Positions 1-22,360 of a stretch of DNA of 64,000 nt are shown piece after piece. A program made the position numbers and the translations under genes. The DNA lies in NCBI GenBank assembly GCA_039621445.1, contig CP154954.1, forward strand, positions 1,178,001-1,242,000, in the 5' to 3' direction. The notes under the pieces are model-generated. The model did no database searches and was not told where the DNA came from. It saw nothing but the letters and a program-made list of their open reading frames with translations. How positions within the stretch are numbered: the stretch's first letter is position 1; each line of letters begins with the position of its first letter. Origin of the DNA: Euglena gracilis (lineage: Eukaryota).

Positions 1-762
1 AGTGCGCCGAAAATGAACGGGACTAAGTAATTTGCCGAAGGTGTGAGAGAAATCGGTAGAAGAGCGTTCTGTGTTGAAGAGAAGGAATAGTGAAAATAGT
101 TCTGGATTAAACAGAAGTGAGAATGTCGGCTTAAGTAACGAAAACATTGGTGAAAATCCTATGCTCCGAAAACCTAAGGTTTCCTTAGCCAGGTTCGTCC
201 TCTAAGGGTTAGTCAGGTCCTAAAATAAGGTTTAACAACGTAAATTGATGGATGACAGGTTAATATTCCTGTACCGAATGCTCACTTGTAAGGAGTGACG
301 AAAAAGGCTAGATCGGCCACGTGATGGTTTGTGGTTTAAGGGTTCAAGAGGTATCAAATATTAAAAAAAATATTTTGTCTTAAGGCCTGAATAGTATAAA
401 TACTACGGTATTGAAAGTGATTGATGTCATGTTTCCAAGAAAAACTTTTGTTTATGTATAGTGAGCTCGCCTGTACCGTAAACTGACACAGGTAGGTTAG
501 TAGAATATACTAAGGAGCGCGAGATAACTCTTTCTAAGGAACTCGGCAAAATGACTTCGTAACTTCGGAAGAAGAAGTACCTCTAATGAGGTGGCAGAAA
601 AGAGGTCCAAGCGACTGCTTACCAAAAGCACAGGTCTCCGCGAAGTTGAAAAACGATGTATGGGGGCCGAGGCCTGCTCAGTGCAGGAAGGTTAAAGAAA
701 TTGGTTAGCGTAAGCAAAGCTAGTGACTGAAGCCCCTGTGAACAGCGGCAATAACTATAATT

Positions 763-815
<53 letters not shown>

Positions 816-1303
816 TTAACGATTTGGACACTGTCTCAGAAAGAGACTCGGTGAAATAGAATTGACTGTGAAGATGCGGTCTACTTGCACTTGGACAGAA
901 AGACCCTATGAAGCTTTACTGTATCCTGAAATTGGTTTCGGGCTTTTTTTGCGCAGAATAGGTGGGAGGCTATGATCTTGTCTTTTGGGATACGGGGAGC
1001 CGAAAAATGAGATACCACTCTGAGAAAGCTAGAAATCTAATCTTAATCTTATGTACAATCATGATAATTGACAGTTTCAGGTGGGCAGTTTTACTGGGGC
1101 GGTAGCCTCCTAAAAAGTAACGGAGGCGTACAAAGGTTTTCTCAGGCTAGACGGAAATTAGTTGTGGAGTGTAAAGGCATAAGAAAGCTTGACTGTGAGA
1201 CTTATAAGTCAAACAGAGACTAAAGTCGGTCTTAGTGACCCGACGGTGCTGTATGGAAAGGCCGTCGTAAACAGATAAAAGTTACTCTAGGGATAACAGG
1301 CTG

Positions 1304-1363
<60 letters not shown>

Positions 1364-1380
1364 ACCTGGGGCGGTAGTAC

Positions 1381-1415
<35 letters not shown>

Positions 1416-1730
1416 TACGTGAGCTGGGTTCAGAACGTCGAGAGACAGTTCGGTCCATATCCGGTGTGAGCGTTAGAGTATTGAAAGGCGCTTTCCTTAG
1501 TACGAGAGGACCGGGAAGGACGCACCACTGATGTACCAGTTTTTGTGCCAACAGAATACGCTGGGTAGTCAAGTGCGGAGTGGATAACTGCTGAAAGCAT
1601 ATAAGTAGGAAGCCCACCTTAAGATAAGTACTCTTCATAGGTCACGGTAAGACGAACCGTTTGATAGGTATTAGGTGTACAATTGGTAACAATTTTAGCC
1701 GAGATATACTAACCGACCGAAAATTTTTTC
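1..1730 (+). rRNA. rrl: 23S rRNA, 3' part (mirror-arm copy)
   Basis: Conserved domain IV-V motifs (GTAGCGAAATTCCTTGTCGGGTAAGTTCCGACC, GATAACAGGCTGATC, CACCTCGATGTCGGCTC); repeats at +5920. End approximate. Confidence 0.97.
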
Positions 1731-1805
1731 CTATATGAAAACAAAACATTTATTTTTACTTGTCACTTTTTTAAGATTTAAAAGTTTCTTGAATGAACTT
1801 TTATT

Positions 1806-1922
1806 TTAGGGTGCTCTTGTCTTTATGGATCCACTTAAAACATTTCGAACTTGCAAGTTAAACATAAAGGGTAAATAGATACTTGAAAGGTTACTTTCCG
1901 GGAAAAGATTTTAGTGCCCTTA
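1806..1922 (+). rRNA. rrf: 5S rRNA (rrnA/B-type allele)
   Basis: ~117 nt after 23S, with terminal stem AGGGTGCT...AGTGCCCT. Confidence 0.9.
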
Positions 1923-2607
1923 TGGGAAGTTTAATTTATTTAATTGTCTCTTAGTGAGTTTATTTATTAATATTAACTCGATTTTCGAGTAATTTTTATG
2001 ACTGCCGTTACGTTAGTGTTTTATTGCATGGATAAATGTATTGTGGTATAATTAAACCAAGGAATTTGTCAAACCACGTTTCCTTTAAGTTTGAATTTTT
2101 TTTGGCCAAAACATGATGCTTCGGAAAAAATAAGACAATCTGTTTATAGAAATCAGTGAATTTCGTAATATTTTTCTTTTAAAATTTTAAACGATATGAA
2201 TAATATCCTCGAGTGTTTGGAAAATGACTATGTTTCTTCGCTAATATAAAAGATTAATCACAAAATTCAACAAGATAGGTTGAATCATAGTGAGAATATT
2301 AGGTAATCTTCTGATAAGAGTTTTATTTTGTTGTACATTATAGTTATTGCTACTTTGTATTTGGTTCTTTGTGTTATGTGTGTGCTTTTTAGTTGTAAAT
2401 CTTTTGCTAGTAAGAAGCGTGTCGTTCATTGTCGATTTGGACGAATATTTATAAAATGCTACAAGAGACCAAAATGTCTTTATACTTCTTATATTGCTGC
2501 TGAGTACCCTATATTTTGTGATATTGAAAAATATTAAGGTAAGGTTCCTAGACTTTCATACGTAAATGCTCATGCGCACAGTTTAGGTGTTATGCTTTTA
2601 CCCCTGA

Positions 2608-2634
2608 TCTTGTGAATTCTTTTCATTCACAAGA
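2608..2634. other. 10-bp perfect hairpin in the inter-operon spacer
   Basis: TCTTGTGAAT-tcttttc-ATTCACAAGA, present in each inter-operon spacer; function unknown. Confidence 0.4.
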
Positions 2635-2775
2635 AATAACTTAGCTTAATTCCTAGTGTAAATTTTTCCGTACTTTAACGTGTGGCTGGGACAATTTTTT
2701 TATTTTTAATTAAAATACCGTATAAATTTTAAAAAATAAAAAAATCAAAAGGAAAATTTTTTATTTTTCAAAGAT

Positions 2776-2848
2776 CACTATTATCTTTTATTATTATAGA
2801 ATACCTTTGATAAGGGTAGGGTCGTGGATTGAATCCTTGTATTAGCCA
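2776..2848 (+). pseudogene. pseudo-trnI in rrn leader
   Basis: ATACCTTTGATAAGGGTAGGGTCG resembles the trnI anticodon arm ATACCCTTGATAAGGGTAAGGTCG; D arm and acceptor stem are degenerate. Confidence 0.75.
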
Positions 2849-2871
2849 AATATTTCTTTTCTTTAAAATCC

Positions 2872-2926
2872 TAAGGCGTAGGTCTCCAAAACCTGATGTA
2901 GTAGGTTCGAATCCTACAAAGCGCGC
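2872..2926 (+). pseudogene. pseudo-trnW(CCA), 3' part, in rrn leader/promoter region
   Basis: Anticodon arm AGGT-CT-CCA-AA-ACCT and T arm GTAGGTTCGAATCCTAC are present; 5' acceptor strand and D arm are missing. Confidence 0.85.
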
Positions 2927-3006
2927 TTTTAGTGTACACATTATAGTAAATGTGCCCCTTGCTTGGTCACCAAGAGGGTGAGAGGATTTGACCAACTTTG
3001 ATGTTT

Positions 3007-3750
3007 TGGAAATGACGAGTTTGATCCTTGCTCAGGGTGAACGCTGGCGGTATGCTTAACACATGCAAGTTGAACGAAATTACTAGCAATAGTAATTTAG
3101 TGGCGGACGGGTGAGTAATATGTAAGAATCTGCGCTTGGGCGAGGAATAACAGATGGAAACGTTTGCTAATGCCTCATAATTTACTAGATCTATGTGAGT
3201 AGCTAGTTAAAGAGAATTTCGCCTAGGCATGAGCTTGCATCTGATTAGCTTGTTGGTGAGGTAAAGGCTTACCAAGGCGACGATCAGTAGCTGATTTGAG
3301 AGGATGATCAGCCACACTGGGATTGAGAACGGAACAGACTTCTACGGAAGGCAGCAGTGAGGAATTTTCCGCAATGGGCGCAAGCCTGACGGAGCAATAC
3401 CGCGTGAAGGAAGACGGCCTTTGGGTTGTAAACTTCTTTTCTCAAAGAAGAAGAAATGACGGTATTTGAGGAATAAGCATCGGCTAATTCCGTGCCAGCA
3501 GCCGCGGTAATACGGGAGATGCGAGCGTTATCCGGAATTATTGGGCGTAAAGAGTTTGTAGGCGGTCAAGTGTGTTTAATGTTAAAAGTCAAAGCTTAAC
3601 TTTGGAAGGGCATTAAAAACTGCTAGACTTGAGTATGGTAGGGGTGAAGGGAATTTCCAGTGTAGCGGTGAAATGCGTAGAGATTGGAAAGAACACCAAT
3701 GGCGAAGGCACTTTTCTAGGCCAATACTGACGCTGAGAAACGAAAGCTGA

Positions 3751-3782
<32 letters not shown>

Positions 3783-3875
3783 TTGGCCGTAAACTATGGA
3801 TACTAAGTGGTGCTGAAAGTGCACTGCTGTAGTTAACACGTTAAGTATCCCGCCTGGGGAGTACGCTTGCACAAG

Positions 3876-3956
<81 letters not shown>

Positions 3957-4024
3957 AGGATTTGACAGGATCTAGGAGGAAGTTTGAAAGAACGCAGTAC
4001 CTTCGGGTATCTAGACACAGGTGG

Positions 4025-4089
<65 letters not shown>

Positions 4090-4345
4090 TTTTTTAATTA
4101 ACGCTTGTCATTTAGAAATACTGCTGGTTATTACCGGAGGAAGGTGAGGACGACGTCAAGTCATCATGCCCCTTATATCCTGGGCTACACACGTGCTACA
4201 ATGGTTAAGACAATAAGTTGCAATTTTGTGAAAATGAGCTAATCTTAAAACTTAGCCTAAGTTCGGATTGTAGGCTGAAACTCGCCTACATGAAGCCGGA
4301 ATCGCTAGTAATCGCCGGTCAGCTATACGGCGGTGAATACGTTCT

Positions 4346-4383
<38 letters not shown>

Positions 4384-4502
4384 GGCTGTGCCCGAAGTTA
4401 TTATCTTGCCTGAAAAGAGGGAAATACCTAAGGCCTGGCTGGTGACTGGGGTGAAGTCGTAACAAGGTAGCCGTACTGGAAGGTGTGGCTGGAACAACTC
4501 CC
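3007..4502 (+). rRNA. rrs: 16S rRNA (mirror-arm copy)
   Basis: GAGTTTGATCCTTGCTCAG, GTGCCAGCAGCCGCGGTAA, AAGTCGTAACAAGGTA. Confidence 0.98.
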
Positions 4503-4588
4503 TTTAGTTTTTTAACTAAAAAAATGTATAGATTGGAAACAATGAAAAATAAAAAAAATAAGTAGGGAAACCTCTTATTTTTCCAAGA

Positions 4589-4662
4589 GGGCTATTAGCT
4601 CAGTTGGTTAGAGCATACCCTTGATAAGGGTAAGGTCGCTAGTTCAAGTCTAGCATGGCCCT
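4589..4662 (+). tRNA. trnI: tRNA-Ile(GAU)
   Basis: Cloverleaf with anticodon loop TTGATAA, in the 16S-23S spacer, no intron. Confidence 0.96.
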
Positions 4663-4671
4663 CTTGGTTTT

Positions 4672-4744
4672 GGGGGTATAGCTCAGTTGGTAGAGCGCTG
4701 CCTTTGCAAGGCAGATGTCAGCGGTTCGAGTCCGCTTATCTCCA
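4672..4744 (+). tRNA. trnA: tRNA-Ala(UGC)
   Basis: Cloverleaf with anticodon loop TTTGCAA and T loop GGTTCGAGTCC. Confidence 0.96.
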
Positions 4745-4762
4745 AAAAGGTTTTGATGTAGG

Positions 4763-6682
4763 TTCAAATGAACAAGGGCTTATGCGGGATTGCTTGGCAT
4801 TTAGAGTCGAAGAAGGGCGTAGAAATTAACGATATGCTTTAGGGAGCTAAAGACGAGCTTTAATCTAAAGATTCCCGAATGGGGCAACCTATTACTTTAA
4901 CATTACAATGAAATGGTATACAAATAATGTAGAGAACTTGGTGAACTGAAACATCTTAGTAGCCGAAGGAAAAGAAAGCAAAAGCGATTTTCTTATTAGT
5001 GGCGAGCTAACGGAAATCAGCCTAAACCTTTATGGGTGTTGTGGGTATATTATAATTACTGAAAAAGATAGAGAATTTGTTGAAAACAAAATCAAAGAGG
5101 GTTTTAAATCCCGTATTTGTTTTTAAAAAGTAATTTTTGATTTTCCCGAGTAGCATAGAGCACGTGGAATTCTGTGTGAATCAGCGAGGACCATCTCGTA
5201 AGGCTAAATACTCCTAAATGACCGATAGTGTACGAGTACCGTGAGGGAAAGCTGAAATAGAACACTGAGAAGTGAGTGAAAAAGAATATGAAAGCATAAG
5301 TTTACAAGCAGTAGGAGATCTATTTAAAGATTGACTGTGTGCCTGTTGAAGAATGAGCCGGCGACTTATAGGTGATGGCAAGGTTAAGGTTTTTCCGGAG
5401 CCATAGTGAAATCGAGCTTAAATAAAGCGAAAAACTTTCTTCTTGAAAGTTTATGTCATTGCTTATAGACCCGAACCCAGGTGATCTAATCATGGTCAGG
5501 TTGAAGTTTTGGTAAAACAGAATGGAGGACCGAACCCACCAATGTTGAAAAATTGGGGGATGAACTGTGATTAGGGGAGAAATTCCAATCGAACTTGGAG
5601 CTAGCTGGATCTCTTCGAAATGCGTTGAGGCGCAGCGTTTAATTATGGTAAACATTAGGGGTAAAGCACTGTTTCGATGCGGGCTATGAAAATGGTACCA
5701 AGTTGTGGCAAACTCTGAATACTAAGTTATATTTCAATTAATCAGTGAGACAGTGGGGGATAAGCTTCATTGTCAAGAGGGAAACAGCCCAGATCACTAC
5801 TTAAGGCCCCTAAATAATTACTAAGTGGTAAAGGATGTACTATTACATAGACAACCAGGAGGTTGGCTTAGAAGCAGCCATTCCTTTAAAAAGTGCGTAA
5901 TAGCTTACTGGTCAAGTGATAGTGCGCCGAAAATGAACGGGACTAAGTAATTTGCCGAAGGTGTGAGAGAAATCGGTAGAAGAGCGTTCTGTGTTGAAGA
6001 GAAGGAATAGTGAAAATAGTTCTGGATTAAACAGAAGTGAGAATGTCGGCTTAAGTAACGAAAACATTGGTGAAAATCCTATGCTCCGAAAACCTAAGGT
6101 TTCCTTAGCCAGGTTCGTCCTCTAAGGGTTAGTCAGGTCCTAAAATAAGGTTTAACAACGTAAATTGATGGATGACAGGTTAATATTCCTGTACCGAATG
6201 CTCACTTGTAAGGAGTGACGAAAAAGGCTAGATCGGCCACGTGATGGTTTGTGGTTTAAGGGTTCAAGAGGTATCAAATATTAAAAAAAATATTTTGTCT
6301 TAAGGCCTGAATAGTATAAATACTACGGTATTGAAAGTGATTGATGTCATGTTTCCAAGAAAAACTTTTGTTTATGTATAGTGAGCTCGCCTGTACCGTA
6401 AACTGACACAGGTAGGTTAGTAGAATATACTAAGGAGCGCGAGATAACTCTTTCTAAGGAACTCGGCAAAATGACTTCGTAACTTCGGAAGAAGAAGTAC
6501 CTCTAATGAGGTGGCAGAAAAGAGGTCCAAGCGACTGCTTACCAAAAGCACAGGTCTCCGCGAAGTTGAAAAACGATGTATGGGGGCCGAGGCCTGCTCA
6601 GTGCAGGAAGGTTAAAGAAATTGGTTAGCGTAAGCAAAGCTAGTGACTGAAGCCCCTGTGAACAGCGGCAATAACTATAATT

Positions 6683-6735
<53 letters not shown>

Positions 6736-7223
6736 TTAACGATTTGGACACTGTCTCAGAAAGAGACTCGGTGAAATAGAATTGACTGTGAAGATGCGGT
6801 CTACTTGCACTTGGACAGAAAGACCCTATGAAGCTTTACTGTATCCTGAAATTGGTTTCGGGCTTTTTTTGCGCAGAATAGGTGGGAGGCTATGATCTTG
6901 TCTTTTGGGATACGGGGAGCCGAAAAATGAGATACCACTCTGAGAAAGCTAGAAATCTAATCTTAATCTTATGTACAATCATGATAATTGACAGTTTCAG
7001 GTGGGCAGTTTTACTGGGGCGGTAGCCTCCTAAAAAGTAACGGAGGCGTACAAAGGTTTTCTCAGGCTAGACGGAAATTAGTTGTGGAGTGTAAAGGCAT
7101 AAGAAAGCTTGACTGTGAGACTTATAAGTCAAACAGAGACTAAAGTCGGTCTTAGTGACCCGACGGTGCTGTATGGAAAGGCCGTCGTAAACAGATAAAA
7201 GTTACTCTAGGGATAACAGGCTG

Positions 7224-7283
<60 letters not shown>

Positions 7284-7300
7284 ACCTGGGGCGGTAGTAC

Positions 7301-7335
<35 letters not shown>

Positions 7336-7650
7336 TACGTGAGCTGGGTTCAGAACGTCGAGAGACAGTTCGGTCCATATCCGGTGTGAGCGTTAGAGTA
7401 TTGAAAGGCGCTTTCCTTAGTACGAGAGGACCGGGAAGGACGCACCACTGATGTACCAGTTTTTGTGCCAACAGAATACGCTGGGTAGTCAAGTGCGGAG
7501 TGGATAACTGCTGAAAGCATATAAGTAGGAAGCCCACCTTAAGATAAGTACTCTTCATAGGTCACGGTAAGACGAACCGTTTGATAGGTATTAGGTGTAC
7601 AATTGGTAACAATTTTAGCCGAGATATACTAACCGACCGAAAATTTTTTC
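4763..7650 (+). rRNA. rrl: 23S rRNA (mirror-arm copy)
   Basis: GAACTGAAACATCTTAGTA near the 5' end plus conserved PTC motifs; ends approximate. Confidence 0.97.
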
Positions 7651-7725
7651 CTATATGAAAACAAAACATTTATTTTTACTTGTCACTTTTTTAAGATTTA
7701 AAAGTTTCTTGAATGAACTTTTATT

Positions 7726-7842
7726 TTAGGGTGCTCTTGTCTTTATGGATCCACTTAAAACATTTCGAACTTGCAAGTTAAACATAAAGGGTAAATGGAT
7801 ACTTGGAAGGTTGCTTTCTGGGAAAAGCTTTTAGTGCCCTTA
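7726..7842 (+). rRNA. rrf: 5S rRNA (variant allele next to rpoB)
   Basis: Same stem as 1806-1922 with 5 substitutions. Confidence 0.9.
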
Positions 7843-8482
7843 TCGCGAGTTTATTTATTAATATTGAGTATGTTTTTGATTGATTTTTATGAATTTTGTC
7901 GATTTCTTTGTTAAAGTAGTTAAAATCTTTAAAGTTTTGATAAAAAATTTTTCTCTCAACAAGTTAAATAATAAAAAAACATCATGTTTGAACTTTTTGT
8001 AAAGAAATTTTTAAGACAATCTTTGAATAAAGAAAAAGTGACTCTTAAAAATTTGAACTCTAATACTTTTTTGGTTATGATTTTTTGTCAATTTAATAAT
8101 TATTTATACTATTGCTTAAAATTTTTTCTAATATTGAGCTAGTTTAAACTTTGTTATTTTACTATAATACCATAAATTTGCCAAACTTTCCTATTACAAG
8201 AATTGAAGATTGTTATTTTTTCAAGTTAGGACAAAAATTGTACGTCAATTTTGTTAAAAATACTTTAATTTTTTATGGTTTATTTTCTCTATTGTATGTG
8301 TAACACTTGACCTATTTATATTAGTAAAAATGGTTCTAATTTTAGTTGAAAGTATTGGTGGAAATTTTTTTGGCAAACAATAATTTTTAGTCATAAATTC
8401 TTGTCAAATTTTTAACACATAAGTAATTAAAATCATATTTTTTTTCAACTTTTGAAAAATAAAGGGATAAAAATTTATAGTT

Positions 8483-10959
<2,477 letters not shown>

Positions 10960-11902
10960 TTATTTTACGAATACCATAAATTTGCCAAACTTCCTATTAC
11001 AAGAATTGAAGATGTTATTTTTCAAGTTAGGACAAAAATGTACGTCAATTTAAAAAATACTTTAATTTTTTTATGGTTTATTTTTTTTATTGTATGTGTA
11101 AACTTGACCTATTATATTAGTAAAAATGGCTCTAATTTATCAAATTTCCATCTAATCAACTAAATATAGAATTAGAGCATCGTTTTCGTTATAAATTTCA
11201 ATATAATATTTAATGAAAAAATTTTTTTAATAAAAGCCAAATTTTTATTAAATGGTAAGAACAAGTAATTTTTTTACAAAAAATATAAATTATTAAATTT
11301 TTAGAAAACTCCTATTATATGAAAAAAACAAGACAATAATTTTTTAGTATCAAATTTAATAAAGAGGCAAATTTTTCAATTTTTAAAGTTTTGAGTTAAT
11401 AAAAACAATTTGTTCATATAATACCATTTTAATTTTTTCAACTTTTTTGAAAAACTAATAGTTTTATGTAGTGTAATATCAAAATTTATGTTATAAAAAA
11501 ACTATTATTTAACAAGAGTTCGTTTATTTTTTTCGAAAATTTATTTATTTAACTCAGCATCTAATTTGTCTTTAATAATGGAGAGTAATGAAACTAAAAG
11601 AGAAGTAAGCATTAACAGGTTGGTTGCAAACTTCCGTAAGAAAGCCTTTGAAAATAAAGGATTAAAAAAGCTCGTTCTTGGTTAATTAATTTTGGCCATG
11701 AAAATAATGCGAAAAATAGTACTTCTGCAAAATTGTATAAACATCGAAGTAATTGTTTTAAAACATTATTTTTTTAAGGGAACTTTTTGTTTTATTAAAT
11801 ATTAAGGTTAGTTAATTTATATGCATTTAAAATTAATTTTAAAAAATCCATTATACTATTAATGTCAAATCAAAGAAACAGACTGTTTGAACTTTGTGAG
11901 AA

Positions 11903-14900
11903 ATGGTAAATGGTTGTAGAGTACGCTCTAATTTATTAGATTTGTGAATTAATTCTTAACTTTGGTTTTATTTATTACAAATAAATAAATAATTTTTTTT
12001 GGTATGTTTATGTTAGATAAAAATTTTACTGATGATACAACGAAATAGTTTTCGCTCCTTTTTAAAAAAGGGTTTGGTAGAAGAGTTAAGAAAAATAAAA
12101 GATATAGCTCATGAAGGCTTTAGGATAAGCTTTCAAACAGATAATGTGAAATATAAAAAGCCTAAAATATCTGCTGAATTTGCATTGAAAAACGGGGAAA
12201 CATACAGTTTATCTGTTCATATACCTGTTGAAGTTACCTATAATAATATGTTCCTTGTTAGGAGAGATTTTTATTATTTTTCCTATTAATTTTATAATAT
12301 ATTTTTCATTATAATAATAAGTTTTTTTTTAGCAAAAAAGAATTTATTATCTTATTAAATAAATATATATTATTTGCAAAAATTCCTTTAATGACTGAAA
12401 AAGGTACGTTTATTTTTAACGGTAATAAAAGAATTATGGATGTGGTTTATATTATTACTTTTAATTTTTTATTAATTATATTTATAAGTTAATTTTTTTT
12501 TAATTTTTAGGTTTGAGTTTTTTTAATTCATTTTTAACCAAATTATTCGTAGTCCTGGCGTTTATTTTGAAAAAAATCGTTATAATGATTCCATATTTGC
12601 GACGTTAATACCAACTTTTGGTAGTTGGTTAACTTTTAAAATTGATGTGCGTTTTTAAATGTTATTTAGTAATTTGGATTTTTAAATTATATTTTTACAT
12701 TAAATTAAATTCTTTTTTAAAATTGAAAATTTTTTATATTTGGGTCAAGACGAGGGAATTTTCGTTAAAGTAGACAAAATAAAGACAGCTATACCTTTAA
12801 TAAATTTTTTGAAATGCTTAGGCCTATCCCGAAAAAAATTTTTTTTGTATCTTAACGATCCTATTTTTATAGAAACGTTACAAGAAAGTGAGTCTTATGG
12901 TATTAGATTGGAATTTTTCGAATTTTATAAAATATTTTTTCCAAACGAAGTTAATGTTCGTTTTTTGAGATTTTTATATGTTTGATTTTATTATTTTATA
13001 TTATTTTTTTAGTTAATAAGATATTAATATTTTTTTTATTTTTTCAGATGTTTTTTTATCTGAAAGGAAATGCCCGAAAATTTTTACGTTCAAAGTTTAT
13101 GGATCTTGAGTTTATTCGTGTATTTTTTGTAATTTACAAAAGTTAAATTTTTTATAGATTATTTTAAAATTTTTTGATTTATTATTTTATGCCAGCATTA
13201 TTAGCCGAGATTAAACACGTAAATATGATTTGGGTGAAGTAGGTCGCTTTAGGGTTAATACTAAAATTTATAGATCCGAATTTTTTCAAAGTAATAGAAC
13301 TTTGCAACCCGAAGATGTTTTGGGTATAGCTCATTATTTGATTGAGTTAAAGAAAGGTTGGGAAATAATGAAGAATAATAGTATCTTTATTTTTTTGTTT
13401 ATTTAAATTTATTAAAATTTTTATTTATTATAAAAATTTTTTAGCAATATTTTATTAATGATACCTTTTGATGAGATCGATGATTTAAAAAACAAATTAG
13501 TACGTAGTATAGGTGAACTTCTTCAAAGTCAATTCCGAATTATTTTAAATGAATTAGAATCTAGTTTAAAAGAAAAATTGATATTTCTTTATAAAAATCC
13601 TTCTGAAAAAACTTTTAGATTATCTAGATTTTTTAATTCTTACTTTATAACTAATCGTATTCGAAAGTTTTTTTCTGTTAATCCACTTTCTCAATTGTTA
13701 GATGATACAAATTCTTTGTCTGAGCTTACACATAAAAGGAAGTTAAGTCCCTTTGGTCCTAATGGTCTTAATAAAGAAAGAACAAAGTTAGATGTAAGAG
13801 AAATAAATACTAGTCAATATGGAAGGGTTTGTCCTATTGAGACAAGTGAGGGAAAAAATGCTGGTTTGATTTTATCTTTAGCAAAAGATGTAAGAGTTGA
13901 TAAATATATATTTTTAGAAAGCCCTTTTTATAAGGTTTTAAGAAGAAAAATAAAAAACAATAAAGTAATTTATTTTATTTCTTCTGCGCAGGAAAAATAT
14001 TTTACAGTAGCTCCGTTTGATGTCTTTAGAAGTTCTCAAAGTAATCTTTTAGATAAAAATAAGCTTCTAGGTGTTTAAATGAAGAAGTAAATTTTTCATA
14101 TTCTTTCTCAAAAAATATTGATTTTATAAGTATTTCAACAGATCAATTTACTTCATTAGGTACATGCTTTAGTTCCTTTTTTGGAGCAACGATGCTAATA
14201 GGGTGCGTATGGGTTTAAACATGCAACGACAATCTCTTATTTTATTGGAAAAGGAAGTTCCTTTTATAAAAACTGGACGCGAGGCTTTAATTAATCGAGA
14301 AAGTGATGCCACGGTTTTAACAAAAAGTAGTGGAAAAGTAATTTATTCTATTTTAAAAAAAAAAAGTATTCAAGAGGAAGAATATTGTGCTAATATTGAA
14401 TTTTTTAATAAAAATTATTCTTTTTTTAATTTATTGGGGTGCTTAAATGAAATATCTCAAAAAAATTTTAAACTTATTAAAAAAGTTAACCAAAAAATTT
14501 ATTTTTTAGAGTCTCCTAAGAAATCGAATCACGGTGTATATATTCAGAAAATTCCTATTGTTCATGAAGGTGAGTGGGTTAGAAAAGGACAAATTATAGC
14601 TGATGGTATGAGTACATTAAGAGGTGGCATTTGTTTAGGAAAAAATGTTTTGGTCGCGTACCTTGGATGGGAAGGTTATAATTTTGAAGATGCCGTAATT
14701 ATTAGTGAAAGGCTTGTTTTTGAAGATATTTTTACTTCTATACATATGAAAAAATTTAAAACTTTTATTGTAAATGATGAAAAAAAAAGGTGTGCGAATT
14801 TAAATTTAGTTAATTTTGAAAATTTAATTCTTAATTTTATTTTTCGTAAATTTTGGTATAAATATTATTTAGAGATATTTAATTATAACTTTTATTTGTT

Positions 14901-16153
14901 TTTAAAATTATTAATTTTTTTTATAACTTTTTCAAAAATTTATATTTAGCTTTTTTTCATATTTCATTATTAATGAAAAATTAAATTCAATTAAAATTTT
15001 TTGATTTAAATGAAAAATGTTTATTTTATTTAATAAAGCTAAATCTATTATTAGTTTAGATGTTTAGTTTGAAAACGAATATTAATTTGTTAAGTTTTAA
15101 GAAAATATTAGTATGTTTATTCCTAATGCAAGTTTAAAAACTATTAAAAACTTGAAAAATAATGGTATTATTAAAATAGGTTCAGAGATTAAAGCACAGG
15201 ATGTTTTAATTGGAAGAATTAAAGTTAAGTTAAAAAATACGCCAAAAAATAAAATGTTAATAGCATTTTTTGGCAATAAGGTACGAAAAGACGTTTCTTT
15301 ACGTTCTCCTCGCTCTTTGGTAGGTATTGTTACAAGTGTTGAGATTTTATGTAAAAAGTCGAATTGTTCTGTTCTTATTCATGTTGCCGAAAAACGCAGA
15401 ATACAAATAGGTGATAAAATTGCAGGACGGCATGGTAATAAAGGTATAATTTCGAAAATTGTTCCGTCTATAGATATGCCTTTTCTTCCTGATGGTACAC
15501 CTGTTGATATGATTTTAAATCCTCTAGGCATACCATCTAGAATGAATGTTGGTCAAGTCTTTGAAAGTTTGTTAAACTTGTCTTCTTTATTTTTGAAAGA
15601 AAGGTATAAAATTCAACCTTTTGATGAAGTCCAAACAAGTATGAATTCAAAATCTTTTGTGTATAAAAAATTAAATGAAGCGCGTAAAAGAACTAAAAAA
15701 GATTGGCTTTTTAATCCAAATTATCCAGGAAAAGCCTTTTTATATGATGGTAGAAATTGTAGGCCTTTTGATCACCCTGTAGCTTTTGGTTATGCGTATA
15801 TTTTAAAATTAATACATATGGTTAAAGACAAAATTCATGCGAGAGTTACCGGCCCTTATTCTTCAGTAACTCAACAACCTTTACGTGGAAAATCGAAAAA
15901 TGGTGGACAAAGGTTTGGGGAAATGGAGGTTTGGGCTATAGAAGGATTTGGTGCTGCATATTTGTTGCAGGAGTTATTAACTATTAAATCTGATGATGTA
16001 TTAAATAGATCAGAAGCGTTATTTAGTTTAATAAATGGTACTTATTTTTCTAAGCCAAATATTCCCGAAGCTTTCAAGTTATTTATTTTAGAAATGCAAT
16101 CTTTATGTATTGATATTAAAATTTTTACAAATAATTATAAAAAATTCGATTAG
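11903..16153 (+). CDS. rpoB: RNA polymerase beta subunit, ~9 exons (mirror copy, frameshifted around 13900-14230)
   Basis: Approximate exons: 11903-11941, 12035-12257, 12358-12439, 12534-12647, 12746-12960, 13063-13104, 13216-13357, 13457-14790, 15100-16153. Motifs GRVCPIETSEGKNAGL, GDKIAGRHGNKG, GGQRFGEMEVWA. Confidence 0.93.
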
Positions 16154-16236
16154 TTAAATTTTTGAGTTATTTTTTTTTTATGAAGTTTTTATGGTCAATT
16201 AAGACCTGATACTTATTTTTATTTATTTTTGTATTT

Positions 16237-19694
<3,458 letters not shown>

Positions 19695-19785
19695 ATACTT
19701 TAATTTTTTGTATGAGCTAAGTAGTTTTAAAGTTTATTATTTTATTGATTTATTTCAATAAGTTTGTTAAATTATTATTTTAATT

Positions 19786-22360
<2,575 letters not shown>

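Noticed and set aside
11578-11685. 35-codon ORF MESNETKREV... upstream of rpoB
   Set aside because: Too short and without a recognisable motif; cannot be supported.
13900-14370. rpoB pseudogenisation in one arm
   Set aside because: Clustered substitutions and indels occur only in the artefactual arm; the other copy is intact.
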